The notes: a model not told the origin generated them from the letters alone. DNA of 54,551 bases from Planctomycetota bacterium (GCA_027001995.1 JALTLO010000066.1:1-54551), one strand, 5' to 3'. Positions 38,296-48,964 are shown, counted from the first letter of the stretch. Numbers and translations are program-made.

Positions 38296-39939
38296 ATGAA
38301 AGCAGTTTGGGGCATTTTATTGGCGACATTCTTGGGGGCCTGCGGTTTTACCGGTGAGGTGGGCGTACGACCATGGGATGTCCTTGTAGTCAACAACATG
38401 GCCGATCCTGCCTTTCTTGACCCTGGACTTCAATCGGCTGCGGAAGACCAACGCATCACCCTGGCTCTTTTTGAAGGATTGGTGACGCCTCACCCCAAGA
38501 CCCTCGAACCTCTCCCCGGGGTGGCTCAACACTGGACGATCTCCGCCGATGGTCTGGTTTATCGCTTCACTCTTCGGTCCTGCCAATGGAGCGACGGTGT
38601 GGCTGTCACCGCCAACGATTTTCTTTACGCTTGGCGTCGTGTTCTTACTCCACCGAGCCGAAACTCCTCCCGCAAATTCGCAGACCAAAACTACTATGTG
38701 TCAGCTCCCTACGTGGATGTGGTTTTTGCCATTCGCGGGGCGAAGGCTTGGCATCAAGGACGGCTGGGGTCATTTGATCAAGTGGGCATTCGTGTGATCG
38801 ACGAGCATAATTTGGAAGTTACTTTGCAGCAGCCAACGCCTTGGTTTCTTGAGCTTCTGAGCTTTCCAACTTTTGCCCCGGTTCCACGTCATGTGGTGGA
38901 GCGCCATGGCCGAGACTGGACTCGAGTTGAGAACTTCGTTGGCAATGGGCCGTTTAAGTTAACGGAGCGCCGTCAAGGAGATCTGCTGCGAGTGAGGCGT
39001 TCCGAGACCTATTGGGATCGAGAAGCTGTAGGTCTGGGGGGGATCGACTACCTTTCGACGGACCAGGTAGACACAGCCATTGATCAATTCTTGGCTGGAG
39101 AATCTGATTGGGTTCGTTCATTTAATCCGAAGAAAGTTAGGGCTTGGCGAAGGGATCAGGAATTGACCACCTACCTGCGGGCACCGGAATTCTTGGCCAC
39201 TTTTTTCTTTCGATTGAACACGGTCCTGGATGTCTTCAAGGATCCCCGGGTACGCCGCGCTTTGTCTTTGGCTATTGACCGAGAGTCCATCACGCGCTAC
39301 GTCACCGGGCTCGGTGAAGTTGCTACATCCCGCTTCGTTCCAGACTGCTTGACCGAAAACTCTCCCTGGCCAAAACGTCAGTATTCTGGGTCGTTCCGAC
39401 CAGAGGAAGCCCGGGAGATTTTGGCCGCATGTGGCTTTCCCAAGGGCCAAGGTTTGCCGGTTATCACCATCGCATTCAACACAGATGTCAAGAATCGGGC
39501 TATTGCTGAAGCTGTTCAACAGATGTGGGCCAAAGAGTTGGGCATCACCGTACTCCTGGAGAACCGGGAGAAAAAAGTGCACTTTGCCAAAGAAAGAGCA
39601 GGGGACTACATCATTTCCCGAGGCAATTGGATTGGCGATTTCAGTGACCCCGTTACTTTCTTGGACGTCTTTCGTTCTGACGGCTCCAGCAATCGCTGTG
39701 GCTGGCAAAACAAAGACTACGATCGCCTTCTTGACCGTGCGGCCGCAGAGCTTGATGAGGTCAGACGCTTTTCCCTCTTGGAGAAAGCCGAACACATTCT
39801 CTGTGTCGAAGACCCGCCGATCATTCCTATTTTTTTCTATCGCACGGCTTACTTGCTGAAGCCTGGCCGTTTCCTGGGGATCTATGAGAATAGGCGCAAC
39901 ATCCACCCTCCCAAACATATTCGGCCAAGAAACTCATGA
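38296..39939 (+). CDS. oppA: Oligopeptide ABC transporter substrate-binding lipoprotein
   Basis: Lipobox LGAC; LFEGL, PGVA..W.IS.DG..Y.F.LR, WSDG, NGPF, WIGD..DP. Confidence 0.9.
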   Translation: MKAVWGILLATFLGACGFTGEVGVRPWDVLVVNNMADPAFLDPGLQSAAEDQRITLALFEGLVTPHPKTLEPLPGVAQHWTISADGLVYRFTLRSCQWSDGVAVTANDFLYAWRRVLTPPSRNSSRKFADQNYYVSAPYVDVVFAIRGAKAWHQGRLGSFDQVGIRVIDEHNLEVTLQQPTPWFLELLSFPTFAPVPRHVVERHGRDWTRVENFVGNGPFKLTERRQGDLLRVRRSETYWDREAVGLGGIDYLSTDQVDTAIDQFLAGESDWVRSFNPKKVRAWRRDQELTTYLRAPEFLATFFFRLNTVLDVFKDPRVRRALSLAIDRESITRYVTGLGEVATSRFVPDCLTENSPWPKRQYSGSFRPEEAREILAACGFPKGQGLPVITIAFNTDVKNRAIAEAVQQMWAKELGITVLLENREKKVHFAKERAGDYIISRGNWIGDFSDPVTFLDVFRSDGSSNRCGWQNKDYDRLLDRAAAELDEVRRFSLLEKAEHILCVEDPPIIPIFFYRTAYLLKPGRFLGIYENRRNIHPPKHIRPRNS

Positions 39940-40862
39940 TGAAGAGAGCTCTGTATCGCCTGCTTCAGTCCATCGTGACATTCTTGGTGGTTGTCATTTT
40001 GAGCTTCTTGATGCAGAAGTCGGCACCGGGAGGACCTTTCGATACGGCTCGGGAGATGGAGCCTGAAGCACGGGCGGCTTTAGAGCGCGAGTGGCAACTT
40101 GATCAACCCACATCTTCCCAACTGCTTACTTATATGGATGGTCTGTTTTCGTTTCCCCCAGATTTGAAACATTCCATGTCCAGGCCCGATTACACAGTTG
40201 TTGAACTCATCACCCCTCGGTTGGCGGTCAGCTTGTCTTTGGGGTTCGTTGTTCTCATGGCGAGTTTGTTCTTTGGCATTTCCATGGGAGTTTGGGCGGC
40301 CATCCATCGGAACAAGGCCGGGGATCACATTATTATGGTTGTGGCCCTGTTGGGGGTGAGCATTCCTAATTTCGTCATCGGGCCCCTTTTGAAGTGGGTT
40401 TTTGCTCTTGAGCTTGACCTGTTTCCTGAATCACGTTGGGCCGGGCCAAGCAGTATGGTGCTTCCGGCTTGTTCTATGTCGTTTCTCTACATTGCCATCG
40501 TTGCGCGGATGGTGCGAGGGGGGTTGATTGAATCTCTTGACCGGGATCACATTCGCGCGGCTCGGGCCAGAGGTTTTTCCGAGGGGCGATTGATTTTCGT
40601 TCATGCTCTGCCGGAAGCGCTTTTGCCGGTGGTATCGTGGTTGGGACCAGCTATGGCGGGGCTGGCTGTGGGCAGCGTGGTGATTGAACGGGTTTTCAAT
40701 ATTCCCGGATTGGGAAATACGCTGATCGACGGGGCTTTCAACCGGGACTATACCGTGGTCATGGGAGCAGTCATTGTCTACAGCGCTTTATTGATCTTTG
40801 CCAATCTCATATCTGACTTGTTGGTGACTTTTCTTGACCCCAGAGCGAGGGCCAAGGCATGA
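39936..40862 (+). CDS. oppB: Oligopeptide ABC transporter permease
   Basis: APGGPF, EAA loop ARARG, E.VFNIPGLG, RDY. Confidence 0.92.
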   Translation: MMKRALYRLLQSIVTFLVVVILSFLMQKSAPGGPFDTAREMEPEARAALEREWQLDQPTSSQLLTYMDGLFSFPPDLKHSMSRPDYTVVELITPRLAVSLSLGFVVLMASLFFGISMGVWAAIHRNKAGDHIIMVVALLGVSIPNFVIGPLLKWVFALELDLFPESRWAGPSSMVLPACSMSFLYIAIVARMVRGGLIESLDRDHIRAARARGFSEGRLIFVHALPEALLPVVSWLGPAMAGLAVGSVVIERVFNIPGLGNTLIDGAFNRDYTVVMGAVIVYSALLIFANLISDLLVTFLDPRARAKA

Positions 40863-41710
40863 CGAGGTTAGGGATTCAATCAACTTCATGGCAGCGCTTC
40901 AGAAGTCACAGAGGAGCGATGATAGGTCTGGTGTTTCTTTGTTTGATGGGGATTTTCGTTCTGCTCTTGCCGGCGTTATGGCCTGAAGCGACCTCAACAC
41001 AGCATCTTGCCCTCGGTCCGGTTTCGCCGTCCTGGGAACATTGGGCAGGCACTGATTATGAAGGTCGTGATCTTGTCGGGCGTATCGCGTCTGGGGGGCG
41101 GGTCTCTCTCTTAGTCGGATTGGTCGCGACCTTGGTCGCCCTTTTGATTGGTGTCACTTGGGGAGCCACCGCCGGATACATGGGGGGGCGGGTGGATGCC
41201 GTCATGATGCGCATTGTCGATGTTCTCTATGGTCTGCCCTACATGTTCTTCGTCATTATTCTGATGGTCTGGTTTGGGCAGAGCATGACCAATATTTTTA
41301 TTGGTTTGGGGGCTGTTTCTTGGCTCACGATGGCGAGGATTGTTCGTGCCAATGTCTTGACCTATCGAGAGCGTGATTTTGTTTTGGCGTCCAGGCTTGC
41401 AGGCAAGGGGACTCTCTTCATTATTGCCAAGCATATTATTCCGAACGTCATGGGTCCTATCATTGTCTACAGTACCTTGACAGTGCCTCGGGTCATGATT
41501 GAAGAGGCTTTTCTTTCTTTCTTGGGGCTTGGCATTCAGCCTCCCCATGCGAGTTGGGGCTCACTGCTTTCTGAAGGGGCATCTTTGTTTCGAGAATACC
41601 CGTGGATGCTGGTGGGACCAGCTCTTGCTTTGTGTCTGACTCTGCTTTCGCTGAACTTCGTGGGCGACGGTCTCAGAGATGCTCTTGATCCCAGGGGAGA
41701 ACGCCATTGA
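40859..41710 (+). CDS. oppC: Oligopeptide ABC transporter permease
   Basis: HW.GTD..GRD, KHIIPN, EAFLSFLGLG, SWG, N.VGDGLRDALDP. Confidence 0.93.
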   Translation: MTRLGIQSTSWQRFRSHRGAMIGLVFLCLMGIFVLLLPALWPEATSTQHLALGPVSPSWEHWAGTDYEGRDLVGRIASGGRVSLLVGLVATLVALLIGVTWGATAGYMGGRVDAVMMRIVDVLYGLPYMFFVIILMVWFGQSMTNIFIGLGAVSWLTMARIVRANVLTYRERDFVLASRLAGKGTLFIIAKHIIPNVMGPIIVYSTLTVPRVMIEEAFLSFLGLGIQPPHASWGSLLSEGASLFREYPWMLVGPALALCLTLLSLNFVGDGLRDALDPRGERH

Positions 41711-42678
41711 CCCTTTTGTGCGTTAAGAACATGTGTTTGAGCTTTGAAGCCCAAGGAAAATCTATAGAGGTTTTGCGGGGTGTTGACTTACACTTGGCCA
41801 AAGGCGAGTTACTGGGCTTAGTGGGTGAAAGTGGCAGTGGCAAATCCCTCACAGGGCTTTCGCTTTTGGGATTAACAGGACCTTCCGCAACGGTGACGAC
41901 AGATGTCTTTTCTTGGGACGGACGACAGGTTGCTGGGCAAGGGAAAAAAGCCTGGCGGGCTCTGCGGGGCCTAGAAATTGGCATGGTTTTTCAGAGTCCA
42001 AAGACCTGTTTGAATCCTCACTATAAGATCGGCAGCCAACTCCAGGAAGTTCTTCGGGTTCGTGGAGGTCAAGCAAAAGCGGAGTCCATTCGTCGAAGCA
42101 AGGAGCTCCTATCTGAAGTTGGCTTAGATGACATTGACCGGGTGTGTCGCTCCTATCCCCACGAGCTTTCTGGTGGTATGAACCAAAGGGTCATGATTGC
42201 TTTGGCGATTGCCTTAGATCCGAAACTCCTGATAGCGGATGAGGCCACCACGGCTTTGGACGTCACCACCCAAAAGAAGGTCTTAGACTTGTTACGCCAA
42301 CTGGCCACTGAACGGGAGATGGCAGTTCTTTTTATCAGCCATGACTTAGACGTGGTGGGGCATCTTTGTGACCGTGTCAATGTGATGTACGCCGGTCTTG
42401 TGGTTGAATCTGGCGCGGTTCATCAAGTCCTCGAGTCTCCCAAACATCCTTACAGCGAAGGGCTGCTGAGAGCTCGCCCGAGACTTTCCCTTGGTCGTGG
42501 CGAATTGCTGAGTATTCCCGGTCAACCTCCCGCCATGGGGGAGGCTGTTTCCGGCTGCGCCTTTGCTCCCCGATGTCCCCACGTCATTGACTGTTGCCAA
42601 AAACAAATACCGCTGTTTCAAGGAACACAAGAAGATGGTGTTTGTTGCCACTTAAACCAAGGGGCAGGCCTCCTATGA
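41707..42678 (+). CDS. oppD: Oligopeptide ABC transporter ATPase with Cys-rich C-terminal extension
   Basis: GESGSGKS, YPHELSGGM.QR, LIADE, HPY, GC.F.PRC. Confidence 0.88.
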   Translation: MTLLCVKNMCLSFEAQGKSIEVLRGVDLHLAKGELLGLVGESGSGKSLTGLSLLGLTGPSATVTTDVFSWDGRQVAGQGKKAWRALRGLEIGMVFQSPKTCLNPHYKIGSQLQEVLRVRGGQAKAESIRRSKELLSEVGLDDIDRVCRSYPHELSGGMNQRVMIALAIALDPKLLIADEATTALDVTTQKKVLDLLRQLATEREMAVLFISHDLDVVGHLCDRVNVMYAGLVVESGAVHQVLESPKHPYSEGLLRARPRLSLGRGELLSIPGQPPAMGEAVSGCAFAPRCPHVIDCCQKQIPLFQGTQEDGVCCHLNQGAGLL

Positions 42679-43418
42679 CAAAAATTTGCATCAAGAACCT
42701 TCATGTTGTTCGCGGCCACGGGGCTGTCTTGCGGGACGTCTCATTGGTGGCCCGATCCGGAGAGTGTTTAGGAATCGTTGGTGAAAGTGGGAGCGGGAAA
42801 TCAACTTTGCTGCACACGGCCTGTGGCATTCTTACCCCGGCCAGCGGTACCATCGAGATGATCACAGAAGATGGAACCGTGTTGGTCCCTGGCAAGCCAG
42901 GAAAGCACCGGGAACGCCTACAGATGGTCTTTCAAGATCCAACGGCGAGCTTAGATCCCCGATGGCCATCTTGGCGCATCGTGACTGAGTGCTTGCCTCC
43001 CATGACAACTCACAAAGCCAAGGAGATAGCTAAGAAGATTCTTGACGATGTCGAGCTTGGTTCTTCATTTGCCGAGCGACTTCCTGGGGAACTTTCTGGT
43101 GGACAGAAACAACGGTTGGGTATTGCCAGGGCACTGGGGAGTGAACCTTCGGTCTTGTTCTTGGATGAACCGGTCTCTGCTTTAGACGTCTCTGTCCAAG
43201 CAGGGATTCTCAACCTATTGAAGCGATTGCAAAGAGATCGAGGTCTTACTTACCTTTTTGTCAGTCACGATCTCGCCGTCGTCAGTCACATGGCCCATCG
43301 GATTGTTGTGCTTAAAAGTGGGTGTGTTGTCGAAGAGGGAGAGACTGCCCACATTTTGGCAACACCTCAATATCCTTACACCAAGTCTCTTGTGGATGCA
43401 GCAGCGTCTCTTAGGTGA
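42675..43418 (+). CDS. oppF: Peptide ABC transporter ATPase (OppF-like)
   Basis: GESGSGKST, QMVFQDP, LSGGQ.QR, LDEP.SALD; ATGA overlap with oppD. Confidence 0.8.
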   Translation: MTKICIKNLHVVRGHGAVLRDVSLVARSGECLGIVGESGSGKSTLLHTACGILTPASGTIEMITEDGTVLVPGKPGKHRERLQMVFQDPTASLDPRWPSWRIVTECLPPMTTHKAKEIAKKILDDVELGSSFAERLPGELSGGQKQRLGIARALGSEPSVLFLDEPVSALDVSVQAGILNLLKRLQRDRGLTYLFVSHDLAVVSHMAHRIVVLKSGCVVEEGETAHILATPQYPYTKSLVDAAASLR

Positions 43419-43421
43419 AAC

Positions 43422-43457
43422 TGGCGAAGAATCAACTGGGCAGGTATAGTCAACTCT
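43422..43457 (+). promoter_or_regulatory. Putative internal promoter directly before the third ATPase gene
   Basis: TGGCGA-N17-TATAGT-N7-ATG, no Shine-Dalgarno. Confidence 0.45.
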
Positions 43458-44144
43458 ATGAAGATCGAGGTCAAAGAGCTTTGTTTAAGCCGTGATTGCG
43501 AAGGGGGGAAGGAATTTCCTTTGGTCGACCGTTTGAGCTTTGTGGTCCCACAAGGAGAGACTTTGGTGCTTTGGGGGCCATCAGGCTGTGGCAAGACGTC
43601 CGTTGCACTCAGCATCCTACGTTTGCTTCCCCCAGGGCTACGCCAAGTTGGAGGCGAGATTCTCATAGATGGCAAACCTTTCAACATGGAGTGGCGGGGG
43701 CGGTTGATAGGGCTCATTTCCCAAGAACCTCGGTTGGCATTTCATCCGAGTTTTTCTATCGCATTTCATTTTTCAGAACGCTTGAAGAAAATGGGAATGT
43801 CACAATCCGAGATCGTGGCCCAGAGTCTTCATTGGTTGGAGAGGGTGGGGATCGAGAACCCAAAGGAAAGACGATTTGACTTGGCTTCGAGTTTTTCCGG
43901 AGGCGAGCTACAACGCATCCTCATTGCTCTCGTCTTGTGTCAACGGCCATCATTCATCATTGCAGATGAGGCCACCAGTAACCTGGACGTGCTTGTCCAA
44001 GGGAAAATCCTTGCTCTGCTTAAGAGCCTTCAGGATGAATTGGGTTTGGGTATTCTCCTCATCACTCATGACAAGCGCGTGGCTCAGGCCATGTCTGACA
44101 AGAGAGTTCTCATGAATGTGTTGAATCGGAAGCAAAAGGCATGA
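43458..44144 (+). CDS. Additional peptide/nickel ABC ATPase (OppD-like, short)
   Basis: GPSGCGKT, FSGGE.QR, IIADE, LITHD. Confidence 0.85.
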   Translation: MKIEVKELCLSRDCEGGKEFPLVDRLSFVVPQGETLVLWGPSGCGKTSVALSILRLLPPGLRQVGGEILIDGKPFNMEWRGRLIGLISQEPRLAFHPSFSIAFHFSERLKKMGMSQSEIVAQSLHWLERVGIENPKERRFDLASSFSGGELQRILIALVLCQRPSFIIADEATSNLDVLVQGKILALLKSLQDELGLGILLITHDKRVAQAMSDKRVLMNVLNRKQKA

Positions 44145-44953
44145 TCGAGCAACCTCTGTTGAAAATGGAAAATGTGAGCGTGAACTATCCTGGCCACGGA
44201 GAGAATCTCAGTCGTGGTATCGAAGCCATCAATTTTTCAGTCATGGCAGGACAGCATTGGGGGGTGGCTGGAGAAACCGGTGCCGGAAAATCCACCTTGG
44301 CCCGCGCCGCTGCCGCTCTTGAGCATCTATCCCAGGGCCGTGTGTTCCTCGACGGCATTTGCACGGCATCAGCAAAACTCGGCGAAGCTATAACCGGAGA
44401 ACCTCTGCGCCAAGCACGCAAGAGTTTTCAGATCATGTTTCAGGACCCAGCCTCTTCTTTAAGCCCGAGACTGAACATTGAGATGATCGTTGCGGAGGGT
44501 GCTTTGGCCCATGGCTTGTGGCAACAATCTGATGTTCAGGATGGCGTACAGAAGGCCCTTGAAGAAGTTGGTCTGGATGGGGCTATGAGGACGCGCTTTC
44601 CCCATGAACTTTCTGGTGGTGAGAGGCGTCGGGTGGCATTGGCCCGTGTCAAAGCCGTGCAACCAAAACTCTTGATCTTGGACGAACCCACAGCCGGACT
44701 CGACCAGGAAAACGTCCATGACATCCTCAATCTTCTGCAAGATTCCTCATCCTTGGGTGTCATGACGCTTATGGTTGTCAGCCACGATCTTAGTTTTCTC
44801 AAATATCTGTGCAGCAATATGGCGATTCTTCGGGGTGGCAGAATTGTCGAGAAAGGTGAAACCCAGGATATCTTCAGCCGTCCCCAAGAGCCTTACACCC
44901 AAGCTCTCGTCCAGGCATCGTCCGGTCTCGAAGCTTGGGTTGACCCCAGTTGA
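44141..44953 (+). CDS. Additional peptide/nickel ABC ATPase (OppF-like)
   Basis: GETGAGKS, FQDP, PHELSGGE, ILDEP, SHD. Confidence 0.87.
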   Translation: MIEQPLLKMENVSVNYPGHGENLSRGIEAINFSVMAGQHWGVAGETGAGKSTLARAAAALEHLSQGRVFLDGICTASAKLGEAITGEPLRQARKSFQIMFQDPASSLSPRLNIEMIVAEGALAHGLWQQSDVQDGVQKALEEVGLDGAMRTRFPHELSGGERRRVALARVKAVQPKLLILDEPTAGLDQENVHDILNLLQDSSSLGVMTLMVVSHDLSFLKYLCSNMAILRGGRIVEKGETQDIFSRPQEPYTQALVQASSGLEAWVDPS

Positions 44954-45094
44954 TCCGCCCCCTGGAGAAAGCACTCTTCTCCTTTTGAAACTTACTAACT
45001 TCTCTATGAAATTCATTTCCTTCTCCTTGAGTGCATCGTGTACCGTGCGCTCACGGCGATTCGATCGCGGGCGCGCAAACTCTCGGGGAAAATC

Positions 45095-46750
45095 ATGTTG
45101 AGAAATCAAGTTGTCTTGATGGTTACGCTTGTCTTTGGACTGAGCGCAAACGCGGATGCACAGTTCACCACTCTTCACTACTTAGATGGGGCCAATCATG
45201 CCTTTTCCGGCTCCTCGGATGTGAGCGCCGCAGGTGACGCGAATGGTGACGGGGTTCCCGACTATCTGGTTGGCGCACCAGGGAATCAATTTCAGCCTTC
45301 GGATTTTGGCTTTGTTCAGGTGTTTTCAGGTTCAGATGGTTCACTCCTTCATAATTTACTGGGGTCCGCTTTAGGGGATAACTTCGGTTTCGCCGTAAGT
45401 GGTGCAGGGGATGTGAACAATGATGGCTTCGACGATTTTATCGTAGGCATCCCAAGAGATGGGACCGCTGGGTCCGATGTCGGAGCTGCCAAGATTTTTT
45501 CTGGGTTAGACGGCACCGAGCTCTACCATATCCTGGGCTCAACAATGTCTGGATTCAGTGGACGTGCTGTTGCTGGTTTGGGGGATGTCAATGGTGACGG
45601 GCATGGGGACTTCGCTATTGGTGAACCCAAAGCTGCCGCCGGTTTGGGGCAAGTCCGCGTGTTTTCTGGTGTCGATGGAACTTTGATCTACTCAATCGCC
45701 GGATTCCCGAGTTCTCTCTTTGGGGAGAGTATTGCCAACGCCCAGGACGTCAACGGTGATGGTATTAACGATCTCATCGTCGGAGCTCCTGAGTTTGGCT
45801 TGGCTGCGTCAGGACCTGCGCGGGGGCGTGTTATGGTTTATTCTGGTATGGATGGCTCCTTGCTCTTGTTGCGTAACGGCGGTGCAGCAGGTGATCGCTT
45901 CGGATCTGATGTTGATGGGGTGGGAGATCTAAACGGTGATGGCTTTGATGATGTCATGGGTGCCAGTCCTGGCCGAGTGGCTCCTGTCACCGGTCGTCTT
46001 GGCCGGGTTCGCATTTTTTCCGGATTTGACGCCAGTGCCCTGCACGTAATTGAAGGCACAAGTTCGATCAATGCCGGCAGCAGTGTCGGAGGTTTGGGGG
46101 ATGTGGATGGGGACACTGTTCCAGATTTCGCCGTTGCTTTTATCCCTTCTCTAATCGTCTTGGGTCAAGTGCGGGCTGAGGTTCGTGTCTATTCTGGTGC
46201 GAGCGGAGTTCAGATGGACAGTTTGCCTGCCCCGGTTGCCTCAGGAGTTAAGCATCAAGTGGTGGCCGGTGTGGGGGATGTCAATGGCGATGGCTTGACG
46301 GAAATTGCAGTGGGCACATTTGAGGCCTTGGTTTCCAATGGCGAAGTCCGCGTCTATAGAAGTGGCCTTGATCCTATTGTTGACTATCAATCGAATTCTG
46401 GAAACGCACCTGGGCTCACTTTGGCGTGGACTTCCGAAGGTGGCAACATGCACGACGTTCGGGGTCAATTGCGCTGTGGAGGTGCTACACCCGGTGGCTC
46501 AGGAGTCATTCTTGTCAGTCTGGCTGCGGTTGACATTCCGATCTTCGGATTTGATCTTTTGTGCGCGGTCGACTCAACCAATTTGGCATTGATCGCAACT
46601 GTTGGGGCCTCATTCTCAGGAGAGTTTGTTGTTCCAGACATTTCCAGACGCAATCCCTTCTTGGCCGGGAGCATGACCCACGTGCAATTCATCGAAACCA
46701 GCCCAATCGTGCAGGCATCCAACAGGATTCGCTTTATTGTGATTCCTTAG
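45095..46750 (+). CDS. Secreted FG-GAP/integrin-alpha beta-propeller protein
   Basis: Signal peptide ending ADA-Q; seven GD.NGDG..D..VG.P-type repeats; about 120-aa C-terminal domain. Confidence 0.9.
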   Translation: MLRNQVVLMVTLVFGLSANADAQFTTLHYLDGANHAFSGSSDVSAAGDANGDGVPDYLVGAPGNQFQPSDFGFVQVFSGSDGSLLHNLLGSALGDNFGFAVSGAGDVNNDGFDDFIVGIPRDGTAGSDVGAAKIFSGLDGTELYHILGSTMSGFSGRAVAGLGDVNGDGHGDFAIGEPKAAAGLGQVRVFSGVDGTLIYSIAGFPSSLFGESIANAQDVNGDGINDLIVGAPEFGLAASGPARGRVMVYSGMDGSLLLLRNGGAAGDRFGSDVDGVGDLNGDGFDDVMGASPGRVAPVTGRLGRVRIFSGFDASALHVIEGTSSINAGSSVGGLGDVDGDTVPDFAVAFIPSLIVLGQVRAEVRVYSGASGVQMDSLPAPVASGVKHQVVAGVGDVNGDGLTEIAVGTFEALVSNGEVRVYRSGLDPIVDYQSNSGNAPGLTLAWTSEGGNMHDVRGQLRCGGATPGGSGVILVSLAAVDIPIFGFDLLCAVDSTNLALIATVGASFSGEFVVPDISRRNPFLAGSMTHVQFIETSPIVQASNRIRFIVIP

Positions 46751-46930
46751 CCCGAATTCGGTCCTCACTCTCTCCATCCTGCGATAATGAGGGATGTGAT
46801 TTCAAGCCCACAGGTTGCTCCAAGCGCATGTTCGAGCCCTGTGGGCTTTTTCCTGGCTGTCTCAGTTCTGCCCTTGGCTATGTCCCAGTCATCCCGCAAG
46901 ATGGAACAGATCTTTGGGAAAGGACCGGAA

Positions 46931-48964
46931 ATGCCTTTGATGAAACAATTTGCTCACCGCGGAATCGTTCTTGTTGTTCTCTTTGCCCTCTTGGTTTCCT
47001 GCGGGGCGTCGGATGGTGATGGTCGATTCGCCTTTCGTTTGAATCTGGTGGGCCTACCTGATTCAACAGCGACTTTTGGGCACTATGAAGTGTGGGTGGT
47101 CATCAATAACCAAGCATTTCGTGCTGGCAAGTTTGTGGTGGAAGGAACTGGGCCTACGGCCTTGATTAAGAGTCCAGATGGCAGCGTGAATTTTGGCCTG
47201 GCATCCGGTGCCACCTTCGGACCTTCTTCTACCTTGATCGGCAACGGCTTCCCCCTCATCACAGCCGCATCTCATTTGTTCATTACCATGGAGCCTGAGG
47301 GCGACATGGATTTGAATCCAAGTTGTCAAGTTATCTTAGCTGGGGAAGTGGTGGGAAGGACTGCCGTCCTGACGGCGGCTGGTGTTCCTGTTGCCGCAGG
47401 ATTTCCTTGTGCTCAGCCTGATGGGGCTGGTGGATTCTTCTTGGGGCTGGGTGATTTCTCCAATGCTGCGGGGAGTTTTACCATGCAAACGCCCACAGAT
47501 GATCCTACGAATCCCAATAATGATTTTGCTGGAGTTTGGTTTTTTCAACCCAGCGCTCTTTTGCTGCAGGAAGGTGTATCTTCGAACATCGCATCTTTGA
47601 GTTTGCCAGAGTTGAATTCCGGGTTGCGCTACGAGGCTTGGGCGGTGGTTGATGGAGTTGAACGTAGCCTAGGGACCTTTACTTCACCGGATGGCTTCGA
47701 CAGTGATGCCATGACCGCATTGCAAAGAGGCGCAGACGCGATTGGCCCTCCTTTTCCTGGTGGTGACTTTGTTGTCGACTATGTCCCACCTTTTGCCCTG
47801 GACCCTCCTGCTCTTGACTTGACGTCCACGAACAACATTCCTGAAGGGGACTACCGCACTTTCATCTCGATCGAACCTGATATCGACAACGATCCAGCTC
47901 CCTTCCAACTACGAATCTTGGATGCCCTGATTCCGAGTACGGCTGCAGCGAATGGTTCGAATACGGGAAATATCGTCATGAACTCCTTGTTCATGGGGCT
48001 GCCCACGGGGGTCGCAACCATGGGAGCCAATGATATCACCGTAACATCCCTCGGATTAACTGGGCTGAGTTCTGTTGCCATGAGTGATCGTCGGGGACAC
48101 TTTGAGCTTTGGCTGGATGATGGGGTGGGGGTCTTTTCTGCTGGTCGGTTCTTGATCGAAGGCAGTACTGTGCGCTCTTTGACCACAGGCACAGTCTTGG
48201 GTGACACCATGTCGTCCACCTTTGACCTCGTCTCCACTGGTGCCAATCCATTCCCTAACCCGCTGAATGCCCAGTCCTGCTTTATCACGGTGGAGAATGA
48301 AGGCGATGCCGACAACGTGCCGTCACAACGAGTGATTCTCCAGGGCAATGTCGTTTCCGGCGTGGCCAACCTGACAGTGGCCGGGGATGTGAGTAATGGG
48401 GGAAGAGGTTTGGAAGACTTCAGTGCCAGCGCTGGGGTGTTCCACTTGTCAACACCGTCAGACAATGTTGGCAATGCCCCCAATGACAACATGGGAATTC
48501 AATTTCGCCAGGCGAATATCACCTTAGATCTTGATGCCCGGGGTTTGACCCTTCCAGTCTTGCCCGTTGGTTGGACCTACGAAGGTTGGGTCGAAGATCG
48601 TACCACCCAACGTGTTTTCAGCACAGGTAAGTTCTTTGATCCACTTTTGCCGGATAGCGACCACAGCACGTCCGCGTCTGAGGGGACAGGTCGTAAATTC
48701 GCTTTGCCAGGAAAAGGGTTCTTATTCGATGTCGGGGCAAGCATGCGTTTGGCTGCACAGATGGGGTCCATTACTCAGGTCTATATCACAGTGGAGTCCA
48801 GTCCTGACAATGCTTCGGGAGCAAGTGCGTTACGAATTTTGGAATGGAGCTCTTCCCTTCCGCTTCAAGAAGGGACTGGGCTTGGTAGTCAACTCATGAT
48901 GCAGAATGTCTTCCCCGATAGTACAGGGTTTCGCGTTGAAATGAGCTATGAGATCGGCGATTGA
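46931..48964 (+). CDS. Lipoprotein with internally duplicated RskA-C-like beta domains
   Basis: Lipobox LVSC; two homologous halves, each with H(Y/F)E.W, FIT.E.EGD, TP.D, LP.L..G..YE.W. Confidence 0.7.
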   Translation: MPLMKQFAHRGIVLVVLFALLVSCGASDGDGRFAFRLNLVGLPDSTATFGHYEVWVVINNQAFRAGKFVVEGTGPTALIKSPDGSVNFGLASGATFGPSSTLIGNGFPLITAASHLFITMEPEGDMDLNPSCQVILAGEVVGRTAVLTAAGVPVAAGFPCAQPDGAGGFFLGLGDFSNAAGSFTMQTPTDDPTNPNNDFAGVWFFQPSALLLQEGVSSNIASLSLPELNSGLRYEAWAVVDGVERSLGTFTSPDGFDSDAMTALQRGADAIGPPFPGGDFVVDYVPPFALDPPALDLTSTNNIPEGDYRTFISIEPDIDNDPAPFQLRILDALIPSTAAANGSNTGNIVMNSLFMGLPTGVATMGANDITVTSLGLTGLSSVAMSDRRGHFELWLDDGVGVFSAGRFLIEGSTVRSLTTGTVLGDTMSSTFDLVSTGANPFPNPLNAQSCFITVENEGDADNVPSQRVILQGNVVSGVANLTVAGDVSNGGRGLEDFSASAGVFHLSTPSDNVGNAPNDNMGIQFRQANITLDLDARGLTLPVLPVGWTYEGWVEDRTTQRVFSTGKFFDPLLPDSDHSTSASEGTGRKFALPGKGFLFDVGASMRLAAQMGSITQVYITVESSPDNASGASALRILEWSSSLPLQEGTGLGSQLMMQNVFPDSTGFRVEMSYEIGD

